Shown: positions 28,210 to 39,024 of the stretch, in pieces
Position numbering within the stretch: position 1 is the stretch's first letter
Layout: the number at the start of each line of letters is the position of its first letter
Source of the DNA: Alphaproteobacteria bacterium
GTDB taxonomy: Bacteria > Pseudomonadota > Alphaproteobacteria > UBA828
Assembly: GCA_963422645.2 (NCBI GenBank)
Contig: CAXXVO010000004.1
Coordinates: 128,001 to 192,000 of the forward strand
DNA: 64,000 bases
Reading direction: 5' to 3'
Notes under the pieces: generated by a model
The model's input: only the letters and a program-made list of their open reading frames with translations
What the model was told of the DNA's origin: nothing
Database searches by the model: none
Position numbers and translations under genes: made by a program

Positions 28210-28791
28210 CTAAGCCCGGCCGGCGAAGCCCGAGAGGTTGCCGGGATCGATCCCGAGCCTGCCGACGGCGCGCTCCCACTTGCCGTCCTGGGCCTCGTCG
28301 AAGACCAGCTCCTCGTCGGCCGGCACGGTGAGCCAGCCGTTCTCCTGAATCTCGCGGTCGAGCTGGCCCGGCGCCCAGCCTGCATAGCCCAAAGCCAGCA
28401 TGCTGAGGCGCGGGCCGCTGCCGTCGGCCATGGCCTTCAGCACGTCGACGGTGGCGGTGAGCGCGAAGCCGTCGTCCACCTGCATCGTGGCTTCGTGGGT
28501 GTAGTCGGTGGAATGGAGGACGAAGCCGCGCGCCGCCTCCACCGGGCCGCCGAAATGCACGCGGATGCGCTCGTCCACGGTCTCGGTCTCGATCTCAAGC
28601 TGCTCGAGCAGGTCCGAGAAGCTGAGCGATTCGAGAAGCCTGTTGACGACGAGGCCCATCGCCCCGTCTTCCGAATGAGCGCACATGTAGATGACGGTAT
28701 GCGCGAAGCGCGGGTCCGCCATCGTCGGCATGGCGACCAGCAAATGCCCCTCCAGGTAGGGCCCCGTCCCCTGCTCGCCGCCTGTATCCAT
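28210..28791 (-). CDS. yqgE: YqgE/AlgH family protein
   Basis: LVAMP..DPRF, GAMGLVVN, GGPVE..RGFVLH, GYAGW..GQL..E..N.W, AGRA end. Confidence 0.93.
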   Translation of the reverse strand: MDTGGEQGTGPYLEGHLLVAMPTMADPRFAHTVIYMCAHSEDGAMGLVVNRLLESLSFSDLLEQLEIETETVDERIRVHFGGPVEAARGFVLHSTDYTHEATMQVDDGFALTATVDVLKAMADGSGPRLSMLALGYAGWAPGQLDREIQENGWLTVPADEELVFDEAQDGKWERAVGRLGIDPGNLSGFAGRA

Positions 28792-28964
28792 CGCACAATA
28801 TCCCTGAGCCGCCTGGCTCGCCCCGATCATCGCAAAGGGGCAGGGCGGTGACAACCGAATGTCGGCACGCAAGCTCCGGTCATCCCAGGAGAGCGTCGGG
28901 AAATGGTGGGACGTAGGCACCCACTTGGCGCCCCTTGCTGGTCACCGGTGGCCGACAAAATCTC

Positions 28965-28998
28965 TTGTTGGACACTTTTGCGCAAAAGTGTCCAACAA
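28965..28998. repeat. 34-bp perfect loopless palindrome
   Basis: TTGTTGGACACTTTTGC|GCAAAAGTGTCCAACAA. Confidence 0.9.
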
Positions 28999-29024
28999 CG
29001 ATTGTTGTTGGTCATGGATGGCCG

Positions 29025-29582
29025 TCAAATATCCGCCTCGCTTTCAGTGAGCTTCAAAAGATCGGGGAACGCGAGAACGGAAGTCCGGCGGCCACTGCCG
29101 GGGACAACGACGCGTAGAACATCGCCGTCGCAAAGAGCGTCCAGAATGCGCCGCGCCGTCCTCCCGGACATGCCAGCCTCGGCCCCAAAGTCGGAACCGC
29201 TGAAAATCGGGCGTTCGAATATCCAGTCCAGAGAATGGATGGCATAGCGTGAACGGGTCAGCTCCGGCACGCGGCGCTTCATGTCATCATAAAGAGAGAT
29301 GATACCGTTTGCCTTGGTCAGGTTCTCTTCGGCCTGCAATCGCACAGCTTCCAGGAAGAACCGGCACCAGCCGGTCCAGTCGTCATCCCGCGAGACAGCG
29401 AGGAGGCCTTCGTAATAGGCATCGCGGTGAGCCTCGAAGTGGGCGCTGATGTAAAACATCGGTTCTCGAATGAGGCCGTCCTGCCAAAGGAACAACGGCA
29501 CCAGCATGCGCCCCAGGCGCCCGTTGCCATCCAGAAAGGGGTGCAACGCCTCGAACTCGGCATGCAGAATGGCAAGCTTTAT
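29025..29582 (-). pseudogene. Fic family protein, 5' part removed at the IS66-C end
   Basis: HAEFEALHPFLDGNGRLGR Fic motif; frame abuts the IS terminus at 29583. Confidence 0.9.
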
Positions 29583-30290
29583 GTAACTGCCCAGGTCTGA
29601 TTCTGCCGAGCACTCGGACGTGATGGATTGATGGTTCTGACCAGCCAGGGGTCAGGCGGCGCTTTCCCGGAGCAGCGCAGGATTTCAGAAGCGCAATACG
29701 GGGATCAGCTGGATTGGATCGGGGTGCGCCAGGGTTTCGAGGACATTCCAGCGCTGTTTTCGAGCGGTGGCGATGACGGATCGCAGGTTTGCGAAGTCGC
29801 GGGCGCCTTGTATCGAGCGGAAGCCGCCTGAGATTTTCTGGCGCAGCTTGCCCATTCGGAGGTCGCGCTCGGCCTCGTTGTTGGAGAAGGGGGTTCGCGG
29901 ATCGGTGAGGAAGCGCAGGCACCCCTCCTTGTACTTCTGGAGTCGGAGGGCGAGGTTGTGACCGATGCGGCGCTTTTGTCGTCCGCGCTTTCCGGTCTGG
30001 AGCGGTGGCATTTCTTCGTGAGAGGCGATGGCACGTTCGAGGATGCGGTCCCAGGCTCGCGAGATGCGGGCCACCAGTGAGGCGGGCACGTCGCGGTCGT
30101 TCTTGTGGGCGAAGCGGGCGGCTCTGTTGGCACGGATGAGGAGCCGGTGCGTGCTCGTTGCCCAGTCTTCCTTCTCGATCTCGATGAGGGCTTGGAGCTC
30201 GCGCAGGTGATGGGCGTTGCAGGCCCCGTGGCGCACGCCCTCGAGAGCGAAGTAGGTGGCGTAGTCGTCATGGATGACGATGCCGGCGGC
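29583..30290 (-). mobile_element. Truncated IS66-type element C (one end plus transposase 3' part, 29685-30290)
   Basis: GTAACTGCCCAGGT terminus; HDDY, CNAHHLREL, SNNEAERDLR; related to but distinct from A. Confidence 0.88.
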
Positions 30291-30681
30291 CGGACCACGG
30301 TCGTTCAACCGCCAAGATTGATTCCCGCCTGCGAGGTTCCCCGCCCGCGCGGCCCGAACACGGCGCTAAAACCGCGCTCAAGCCATCCCGAAGCACTGGG
30401 TCGCTGACCCATCGCGCATCCCTTCATCGCTCGGCGCACTGAACTCCAACCACCGCCCCCGGTCAAGGCTGAGGGGTCATGGGCATTCTCGCGCGGTATG
30501 CGGGGCAGAGGTCTGGCGGCGAGACCGTCTTGGACCTCGCAATCGCAGGCGCGCGCCTGCTGGAGGGCGCGCATCCGGCAACGTTAGGGCACGCTGGTTC
30601 CGCCGCCGTCGACGGCTTCATCGACGCGCGAGGTTGTTCGCCGGCGCGGGACGCTAGCGGGCTTGAGGTTTTCCCCTTGGA

Positions 30682-31209
30682 TCAGTTGAACGCTTTCGCA
30701 GGTGTCTCGGCTCCCCGGTAGCCCGCGTCGTAGAGTTCCTTGAGCAGGCTGCAGTCGAGCCCGCTCTCGGGCGGAAGCTCGCTCTCCATCAGGCCGAGCT
30801 TGAGCCACCAGTCGTTGATCAGGCGCCAAGAGTCGGCAATGCCGCCGTTGGTCATCCTGTGCCCGGGATCGCCCGGTGCCGCGCCGCAGAATCTTGCGGC
30901 TGTCATGAACGTGCCCAAGTAGAGGCCGTGGGCGCAATACCCGGCGTTCGCACCGAGGATGCTCTCAACGTCCGCCAGACTGAACTGCATCTGCTCGGCG
31001 ACAATCTGGTTGGCCTCGGCGGGGTTCGCCTGCCAGTAGGCCTGGCCGTCGAACAGCGCCTTCAAGAGCTTGACGGCAACGTCGCGGCGGTTGTTGATCA
31101 AGTCGTCCGAGAAGAAGATCGCGTCGGACAAGAGACCCGTCTGCTTGAAGAACGGCGCATTGTCGGGCACGAGCGTCCCCTGCACAATTGGCAGACCTTC
31201 AACTCTCAT
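30682..31209 (-). pseudogene. Probable C-terminal half of an SsuA/NMT1-like ABC substrate-binding protein
   Basis: LSDAIFFSDDLI..VKLLKALFDGQAYWQANPAEANQIVAE; no signal peptide, too short. Confidence 0.55.
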
Positions 31210-31237
31210 CCTGCGGGGCCGCGCCCGCGGCCCCTCT

Positions 31238-32737
31238 TCAGGGCACGACGCGTTCCGGGTTTATTTGCAAGTACTCGCGGACGAACTTGCAGGCGGCGTC
31301 GCGGTCGTAATGCTGATAGAGCTCGGCCGAGACGAACGCGCGGGGCGTGGCGTTGGTGTTCTCGAACATCGCGACGCGGCTCGCGTGGCTGCTGCACGCG
31401 AGATCCCAGATGAAATTGAAGACGCGGTTCTTCTCGCGCGCGGTCACGCCGGTTCCCGGCATGAATTCCTCGAGCTTCTTGCCGATTTCGGGGTGCTCCC
31501 ACGCCGCTTTGGGCCAGCGACTGACCATGCCCTGGCCGCAGAGGTCGCTCAGCAGGTGCATGATCCGGGGATACTGCTCGATCGAATAGAGACGAACCGG
31601 CGTCACATAGTCCAGGTTGGGCACGGTCACCCCGTTCCAGACCCCGGCCTCTTCGATCGAGGCGACGATGCCCGCCTTCAGGATGGCCGCGTACTTTATG
31701 ATCTCGCTGACGGACTCGCGCACCGTCGGGATGTTGCCCGTGCCTAGAATGTCGACGATCGTCTGTGCCGCGCCGATGAAGATCTCGGCGCGCACCGCAA
31801 GGCGCGCGAGGATGTGCCAGAACGCGATCGCGCAGCTTTCGTGATAGAGCCCGAGCAGTTCCTTGTTCTTGAAGCTGACGATGTACTCGCGCGGCAGGAA
31901 GACGTGGTCGAAGATCAGGAGGTTGTCGATCTCCTCGCCCTGACTGTCCAGCGGGTGGTCCTCCCACTCGCAATCGGGATCGGTAAGCGGCTCACGCAAG
32001 AGCAGCGTCAGTCCCTCGATATTGGCGGGCACCGCCGCCCAGATGCAGGCCGGCTCGTCGAGGCCGGGGCTGAGCGCCGTCGACAGCGTGAAGAAGTGGC
32101 TGATCGCACCGATGCTGCCGCAGGGCTTGGCACCGTAGAGAACGATGCCGTCGGGTCGCTCTTCGACGGCTCGGAGGCGCCCCGGCTTCTCGGCGGCCGG
32201 GAGCCGCCGGTCCGCTTGAACGTCCGGAATGAGATCGGTGCTCATCAGGTTGTGTGCGCCGCTCAGCGCCACGAAATTCCGCGCGTTCTGCGCGTACTCG
32301 GGATTCTCCCGCTCGATCTTGTCGGCGACGGCGAGGAAGCCGAGCGCCATCATGGAGCCGTAGTCGGGAGGGCGACCAAAAATCCCGAGAGTCTTGAGCG
32401 TCATGATGCGGAGCGCCTCATGCTTTCGGCGCAGGTGCTCCTTATCGGTCGGTATCTGCCAGCCGATGGCGTAGCGATCGCCGTCGCCCGGCTCCACATA
32501 GGTAAGCCGGTCCCGGACGTCCGGATCGAACTGCAAATCGAAGAGGTCCGCGATGTTGTCCACCGCGCGCGCGAGCTGTGGGTGGGCCGTCACATCCTCG
32601 ATGAACTGGCCATTTGCGTCGACGATCCGCCGGCCGTCACGCAGACTCTCCTTGTATTGCTCGCCCGTCATGAGATGGGGCTCGGGCCCCGTCTTTAGCG
32701 CCTCCTTCAGCTGGTGCAATCCGACTTCCGTCGCCAT
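31238..32737 (-). CDS. 4-hydroxyphenylacetate 3-hydroxylase (HpaB/PvcC-like) flavin-dependent monooxygenase
   Basis: MTGEQYKESLRDGR, DVTAHP, GRPPDY, DGIVLYGAK, FDHVFLP. Confidence 0.88.
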   Translation of the reverse strand: MATEVGLHQLKEALKTGPEPHLMTGEQYKESLRDGRRIVDANGQFIEDVTAHPQLARAVDNIADLFDLQFDPDVRDRLTYVEPGDGDRYAIGWQIPTDKEHLRRKHEALRIMTLKTLGIFGRPPDYGSMMALGFLAVADKIERENPEYAQNARNFVALSGAHNLMSTDLIPDVQADRRLPAAEKPGRLRAVEERPDGIVLYGAKPCGSIGAISHFFTLSTALSPGLDEPACIWAAVPANIEGLTLLLREPLTDPDCEWEDHPLDSQGEEIDNLLIFDHVFLPREYIVSFKNKELLGLYHESCAIAFWHILARLAVRAEIFIGAAQTIVDILGTGNIPTVRESVSEIIKYAAILKAGIVASIEEAGVWNGVTVPNLDYVTPVRLYSIEQYPRIMHLLSDLCGQGMVSRWPKAAWEHPEIGKKLEEFMPGTGVTAREKNRVFNFIWDLACSSHASRVAMFENTNATPRAFVSAELYQHYDRDAACKFVREYLQINPERVVP

Positions 32738-33110
32738 GGCCGGCTCTCCCTGTGTTGCGCGCGACCGTCGCGCGTGCCGCCGATCAAGTCGACGGAGAGC
32801 GATCCCTTAAGTCTCGAACATCCGCCCCGGGGATTCGCGCGCACAAACCCGCGCCGCGGCTCTCCCCGACACGGGGAACTCCCTAGCCGATGCCGGCGGC
32901 CATCGGCATCGGTCGATGAAGCGTCGGAGAGGACGCACTCCTGCCGAATACTCCAGCAAGTCCATGACGTTGCCAGCCCCCTTCGGGACTCTGGTCCGGA
33001 ACAGGACTACCCTTCAACAACTTTCGGCCGTTCGCCTCATCCGAACGGCGATGCGAAGGGGGGATGAACCATGGTCGGCTTGTAGTAACTGCCCAGGTTC
33101 TTGCTGTGAA

Positions 33111-33195
33111 AATTCTCTGGGATTCGGCACAACGCTACCCACGCGACGCCCGTGTGCTCCTCTGGGGTCGCCGGGTTTCACAGCTCACGATGCCC
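33111..33195 (+). repeat. 85-bp target duplication of IS1634 (second copy 35119-35203)
   Basis: AATTCTCTGGG..CACGATGCCC on both sides; single in uninterrupted B copies. Confidence 0.92.
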
Positions 33196-35118
33196 CCTGA
33201 CTTCGACGGTTGGGCCGGATTTTGGCTGATCTCCCGTCTGGAGTTTTCTGCAAAGACAATGACTTAGAAGTTGCGGTGCGGTCAAGCCGCTTTGTAGTGC
33301 CTAGTAGGTATATGTGGTTGTCGATACCCCCGCCGCGCGCTACACTTTCCCCGTGTTCGTTCGCATCAAGACCACGCCCAACAGCCCGCGACGCTCGGTC
33401 CAGCTCGTCGAGGCCGTGCGCGACGGCGGCAAGGTCCGACAGCGCATCGTTCGCCACATCGGCGTGGCCATGGACGAGGACGAGCTCGAGCGCCTGAGGC
33501 AGCTCGGCGAGTACGTCAAGGCGAAGCTGGAGGACCAGCGCCAGCCTTTGCTGTTTGCGCCCGAGAAGATCGCAGACCAGGTGATCCGCGTCGGACGCCA
33601 GGGCGACGGCAAGCAGGAACTCCCGGTCGATCTCAAGCAACTCGAAGAGGAGCAGCGCCTGATCACTGGCGTCCACGAGGTCTACGGCGAGATGTACCGC
33701 CTGCTGGGCCTCGATGCGCTGCTGCCGCGATCGCGCTACCGGGCCTCGCACGACGCGCTGTTCCACGTGGTGATGGCACGCATCGCCAACCCCGACAGCA
33801 AGCGGGGCAGCGTGCGCCGGCTCGAGGAGGACTTCGGCGTGAGCCTTCCCCTTGAGAAGGTCTACCGCATGATGGACCAACTCGGCGCGACCGTGATCGA
33901 GCGTCTGCGCACGCAGGTGGGCGAGGCGAGCCGATCGCTGCTGCCGGAGCCGGTCGCGCTCCTCTTCTTCGATTGCACCACGCTCTACTTCGAGACCGCG
34001 GTTGAGGACGAGCTTCGCCAGCACGGCTTCAGCAAGGACGGCAAGCACAAGGACTCGCAGGTCCTGCTGGCATTGATGGTGACGCGCGAAGGGCTGCCGA
34101 TCGGCTACGAGGTCTTTCCCGGCGCCACCTACGAGGGGCACAGCCTGGTCCCGGTCTTGCAGGACATGCAGCGCCGCCACCAGGTGGAGCGCACGGTGTG
34201 CGTGGCCGACCGGGGCATGCTGAGCGCCGACAACCTCGACGCCATGGACACGATCGGCGGCGAGTACGTCGTCGGCGCGCGGCTGCGCAAGCTGCCGCTC
34301 GCGCTGCGGAAGCAGATTCTCGACCCGGGCACCTATGCCCCGCTGGAGGGCCCGGAGAAGCGCCGGGTCGGCGAATGGGAGCACAAGGGCCGGCGCCTGA
34401 TCGTCGTCTTCTGCCCCGTGCGCGCGCGCACGGACGCACACGAGCGCCGCAAGCAGGTGGAGCGCCTGCTCGACAGGCTGGCCCGCAGCGACAATCCGAA
34501 GGAGCTGCTCTCCAATCACGGGGCGAAGCGCTTCATCGCCGTCGAGGGCGAAGCCCGGCTCACGGTGAACCCGGAGAAGATCGCCGAGGCCGAGCGATGG
34601 GACGGGCTCGCCGGCGTCATCACCAATCTGCGCGACGCCAGCGTCACCGAAGTGATGTCTCACTACCACGGGCTCTGGCAGGTCGAGGAGAGCTTCCGGA
34701 TCACCAAGCACGACCTGCGGGTGCGCCCCATCTGGCACTGGAACCCGGACCGGATCCGCGCCCACATCGCCATCGCCTTCATGGCCTTCGCCTGCGTCCG
34801 CCACCTCGCCTACCGCGTCGCCATCCAGAAGCGGCGGATGTCCCCGGAAGTCATCCGCTCCGCCCTCGTCCACCGCCAATGCTCGGTCCTGCGCTGCCGC
34901 CAATCAGGCAACCGCTACGTCATCCCCTCCAAGCCGACACCGGCGGCGGAACAGATCTATGCGACCATGGGGCTGCCCCTGACGATCACCCCGTACCAGC
35001 TCGACTGACCGCCGACGAAACCCGGCCCGGTCTCGCAGCGCCGCCGGATGTAGTGCCTGGCCGGAAATGAGAACCGGCCAATTTCAAATACTTACGCGAA
35101 TCAACCGTCGAAGTCAGG
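33196..35118 (+). mobile_element. IS1634 family element (1923 bp)
   Basis: 17-bp perfect IR CCTGACTTCGACGGTTG; flanked by an 85-bp direct repeat. Confidence 0.92.
33353..35008 (+). CDS. IS1634 family transposase
   Basis: FFDCTTLYFE, GFSKDGK, VADRGM, LWQVEESFRITKHDL.VRP..H....RIRAHI. Confidence 0.93.
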   Translation: MFVRIKTTPNSPRRSVQLVEAVRDGGKVRQRIVRHIGVAMDEDELERLRQLGEYVKAKLEDQRQPLLFAPEKIADQVIRVGRQGDGKQELPVDLKQLEEEQRLITGVHEVYGEMYRLLGLDALLPRSRYRASHDALFHVVMARIANPDSKRGSVRRLEEDFGVSLPLEKVYRMMDQLGATVIERLRTQVGEASRSLLPEPVALLFFDCTTLYFETAVEDELRQHGFSKDGKHKDSQVLLALMVTREGLPIGYEVFPGATYEGHSLVPVLQDMQRRHQVERTVCVADRGMLSADNLDAMDTIGGEYVVGARLRKLPLALRKQILDPGTYAPLEGPEKRRVGEWEHKGRRLIVVFCPVRARTDAHERRKQVERLLDRLARSDNPKELLSNHGAKRFIAVEGEARLTVNPEKIAEAERWDGLAGVITNLRDASVTEVMSHYHGLWQVEESFRITKHDLRVRPIWHWNPDRIRAHIAIAFMAFACVRHLAYRVAIQKRRMSPEVIRSALVHRQCSVLRCRQSGNRYVIPSKPTPAAEQIYATMGLPLTITPYQLD

Positions 35119-35360
35119 AATTCTCTGGGATTCGGCACAACGCTACCCACGCGACGCCCGTGTGCTCCTCTGGGGTCGCCGGGTTTCACAGCTCACGATG
35201 CCCCTCTTGCGGACTGCGACCGGTAAGCTACCCCGATGTGGCCCGAAGTCCGCCCGCGCGACGGGCACCGATTTTCATTCTATGGGGTGGTCCAGCACGG
35301 CGTCGACCATGATCGTTTATGAGAATGGCTCCGCTGTTGGAGAACCCGTGCCAGGTGAGC

Positions 35361-36857
35361 TTACGCGCACTTGACGGTGGCGATGAGCCGATCCGATGGG
35401 CTGGTCAGGGCTTCGATGATATTCCAGCCCTGCTTTCTGGCGGTGGTGATGACGCTGCGCAGGATGGCGAAGTTCTCGGCCCCCTGCGCGGACCGGAAGC
35501 CCCCGGAGATCTTCTGGCGCAGCTTCATCATCCGAAGGTCGCGCTCGGCCTCGTTGTTCGTGAACCCGACCTCGAGGTCGATCAGGAACCGGAGCACCGC
35601 GCATTTGTGGTCGCGCAGCCTCAAGGCCAGATTGTGACCGATCCTTCGCTTCCGGCGCTTCTTCCTCTTGCCAGGCGAGAACGGTGGTTGGCTCTCGTGA
35701 AAGGCCAGCGCATCGGCGATGATCTCGTCGTATCGGCGCTCGATCAGCGCCACAAGCCTCGCCGGAACGGCGATATCCTTGTCCAGCGCGATGCGGGCGG
35801 CGCGATTGGCTCGGCGCAGGAGCTGCTGCATCCGCCGGGCCCAAGCCTCCCCTTCGATGTCCACCAGCGCCTGCAACTCCCGCAGGTGATGGGCGTTGCA
35901 CAGGCCGTGCTCCACCCCTTCCATCGCGAAGTACGGCTTCCAGTGATCGTGCACGACGATGCCGGAGACACCCGAGAGCAGGGCGCCGCGCTTGCCGCTG
36001 ACCCGGTACGCCGCCAGCAGCGGCGTGCAGATCACATGAAGCCACTGCGTCTGACCGCCGATCCGCAAGCCGGTCTCGTCCATGTGTTTCACCCGCGCCG
36101 TGCCCGCCGCCAGGTCCTGTATGTGCAAGGCCGCGTCCCGCAGCCGCTCGGCCGCCCTCTCGCTCATCGTCGCCAACGTCGCAGCCGTCACCGGCGCGCC
36201 GAAGAGCTCGGCCATCACCTGCGACAGCCGATCCTCCGGCAGGAAGTGAGCGTGCTGAAGGTAGACCGCCACCCCGGCAATGCGCGGGCCGTACTGCACC
36301 GGCGCCGACACCCCGTCGGGGAACGCCGCCCGGGTCACCGTCCCGCAATGCCCGCAGCACTTGGCATGCGCCCGGTGCTCGGTCACCTCCAGGGGGCTCG
36401 GCTCGGGCAGATCGAACACCTGGCGGGCGACGGGCGTTCCCGCCCTGGCCGCGTCCGAAAGCGGCGAACCGCATCCCTTGCAGGAAGCCGGGACGTGATC
36501 CTTCACCCGATCCGGGTGATCGGCGCGGCGCAGCGTCTTGCCCTTGTGGCCGGGCTGGCCACCGGGCTTGCGGCCCGATTTGCCGCGCAGGCTTCGGGTT
36601 CGCCGCTTCGAATTCGGCTTCCTCAGCCCATCGCTCGAAGGCGGCTTGCCGCTGTTGAGGCCGAGACGGCGCTCCAACTCCTCGATGCGCTCGACGAGAC
36701 GCGCGACTTGCTCTTCCAGCCGCGCGTTCTGCTGCCGAAGCCAGGCATTTTCCTCCCGAAGCCGGGCGTTCTCCTCCTCCAGGCGGGCGATCTTCTGCGC
36801 GGGCGTTTCGGGCGCTGCTCCCGTCGAAGGGCCGCGCGGCGACTCGGGATTGCTCAT
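35361..36857 (-). CDS. IS66 transposase, element B copy 2
   Basis: Protein identical to 9303-10799. Confidence 0.95.
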   Translation of the reverse strand: MSNPESPRGPSTGAAPETPAQKIARLEEENARLREENAWLRQQNARLEEQVARLVERIEELERRLGLNSGKPPSSDGLRKPNSKRRTRSLRGKSGRKPGGQPGHKGKTLRRADHPDRVKDHVPASCKGCGSPLSDAARAGTPVARQVFDLPEPSPLEVTEHRAHAKCCGHCGTVTRAAFPDGVSAPVQYGPRIAGVAVYLQHAHFLPEDRLSQVMAELFGAPVTAATLATMSERAAERLRDAALHIQDLAAGTARVKHMDETGLRIGGQTQWLHVICTPLLAAYRVSGKRGALLSGVSGIVVHDHWKPYFAMEGVEHGLCNAHHLRELQALVDIEGEAWARRMQQLLRRANRAARIALDKDIAVPARLVALIERRYDEIIADALAFHESQPPFSPGKRKKRRKRRIGHNLALRLRDHKCAVLRFLIDLEVGFTNNEAERDLRMMKLRQKISGGFRSAQGAENFAILRSVITTARKQGWNIIEALTSPSDRLIATVKCA

Positions 36858-37037
36858 GTCGTTGTTGAGTCATTTCCCGAAATTCCCGTCAAGCCCTTTC
36901 CACCAACTCCGAACGAGAAACGCCTCAATCCACTGGCCCAAAATGACAAATCGTAACTACCCAGGTACCCCAATCCTGAGTTGAGGACGGTGATTATGGC
37001 GGCGGCCGCGGCCTGGTTCTGCCACCGCGATTGGTTC

Positions 37038-37066
37038 TTGACCTCATAGAGTTGCGGGACTATGGA
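37038..37066 (+). promoter_or_regulatory. Candidate sigma-70 promoter of the MTase-transposase operon (also 9057-9085, minus strand)
   Basis: TTGACC-N17-TATGGA, followed by GGGAG RBS and ATG 37095. Confidence 0.45.
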
Positions 37067-37094
37067 CTGCTCTCTCGCGTGACGGGAGCGGTCC

Positions 37095-37760
37095 ATGGGG
37101 TATTTCGGCTCGAAGGCGACAGCAGGTCTGTGCCAAGCGCTGATTGCGCTGATGCCGCCGCACTCCGTCTACATCGAAAGCCACCTTGGGGGCGGGGCGC
37201 TGACGAAGCGCAAGCCGCCGGCCGTGCGTTCGATCGGCATCGACCGCGATGCGCAGGCGCTCGAGGCCTTCGTCTGCGACTACCCGGTCGATCTGGTTCA
37301 CGGCTGTGCCCATGACTTCCTGGCCTCGTTCCCGTTCCTGGGCCCGGAGCTGGTTTACAGCGATCCGCCCTATCTGCACGCGACCCGCCGCTCGGCGCAG
37401 CGCTACCGCTTCGAGTACGAGGAGGCCGGCCACGTCGCGCTTCTCGCGCTGCTCAAGGCTCTGCCCTGCCAGGTCATGATCTCGGGCCATCCGTCGGCGC
37501 TCTATGACGAGGTGCTGGCGGGATGGCGCCGGCTGGCGCTGCAGGTCACGACCCAGGGTCTGGTGCGAACCGAGGTCGTCTGGTTCAACTACGCCCCCGA
37601 CCGGATGCATTGGGCCAGCCACGCAGGCCGGAACTTCACCGACCGCCAGCGCATCAAGCGCAAGGCAGCCAACTGGGGCCGGCGCTACCAGGCCTTGCCG
37701 CCGGGCGAACGCCTCGCCGTGCTCGCCGCCATGATGGCCGTCGAGGCCGAAGACACGTGA
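37095..37760 (+). CDS. DNA adenine methyltransferase, copy 2
   Basis: Protein identical to 8363-9028 (one synonymous GAG/GAA difference seen). Confidence 0.88.
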   Translation: MGYFGSKATAGLCQALIALMPPHSVYIESHLGGGALTKRKPPAVRSIGIDRDAQALEAFVCDYPVDLVHGCAHDFLASFPFLGPELVYSDPPYLHATRRSAQRYRFEYEEAGHVALLALLKALPCQVMISGHPSALYDEVLAGWRRLALQVTTQGLVRTEVVWFNYAPDRMHWASHAGRNFTDRQRIKRKAANWGRRYQALPPGERLAVLAAMMAVEAEDT

Positions 37761-39024
37761 CGGTGTCGCACTGGCACGAAGACCTCGCCGCCCGTAACGA
37801 GGCCTTCTGCTGCCTGAAGGAGCTTCTCGAGCCATCATCCCTCGCAACCACTGTCGTCGTTGCCGTCCGGGAATGGGGGCAGGGGCTGCTGCGATCAGCC
37901 ACCGCGCTCGCCCGGGAAAATGCCGCACTCGAGCAGGAGAACGCGGCCCTGCGCGAGCGCATCGCCGAACTCGAGCGCAGCGCGGCCCTCAACAGCACCA
38001 CAAGCAGCAAGCCCCCCGCCAGCGACGGGCTCAAGAAGAAAAGCGGAGCCCAGAGGCGCACCCAAAGCCAGCGCGGAAAGTCCGGCGGGCCCAGTGGCGG
38101 CCAGCCCGGCCACAAGGGAACCACCCTCGCGCGGAGCGACAGCCCGGACCGTGTCGTCGATCACCACCCCTCCACCTGTTCCGGCTGTGGCGTCGAGCTC
38201 TCGGACGCCGACCGGCAAGGCGCGCCCGCCTGTCGGCAGGTCTTCGACGTACCCGAGCCGCAGCCTCTCGAGGTCACCGAACACCGCGCCCATCGCTGCC
38301 TCTGCGGCGCATGCGGCACGCTGACACGAGCCGCCTTCCCGCCGGGCGTCACCGCCCCGGTCCAGTACGGCCCTCGCATCACCGCTTGGGTGAGTTACCT
38401 GCTGTACGCCCAGTTCGTGCCCGAGAAGCGTCTGGCCGAACTCATGAGCGACATCTTCGCGGTGTCCATCTCCACTGCCACGATCGCCGCCATGGGCCGG
38501 CGCACAGCGCAGCGCTTCGAGGGCTTCCTCGACCATGTCGCCGATCTGATCCGCACGCAGGCGCCGGTCAAGCACCTCGACGAGACCGGCCTGCGTATCG
38601 CCGCCCGTACCCGCTGGCTCCATGTGCTGTGCACCCCGTTGCTCACCGTCCTGCGCATCGGCGAGGGACGCGGCGATGTCGAAAAGAACCTGAAAGGCAT
38701 CCTCGTCCACGACGACTTCGCCCCCTACTTCACCATCAAGGGCGTCCGCCACGGCGCCTGCAACGCACATCACCTGCGCGAACTCCAGGCCCTGATCGAC
38801 ATCGAGAAGGAGGAATGGGCGGCGAGCATGCACCGCCTGCTTCAGCGCGCGCGCAGGGCCGCCCGCTTCGCCCGTGAGAAAGACCGTCAAGTCCCCGCCT
38901 CCCTGGTGGCCCGCATCTCAAGGGCATGGGACCGTATCCTCGAAGAAGCCATCGCCTTCCATGAGGCCCAACCGCCGCTCCAGATCGCAAAGCGAGGGCG
39001 AAAGAAACGCCGCATCGGCCACAA

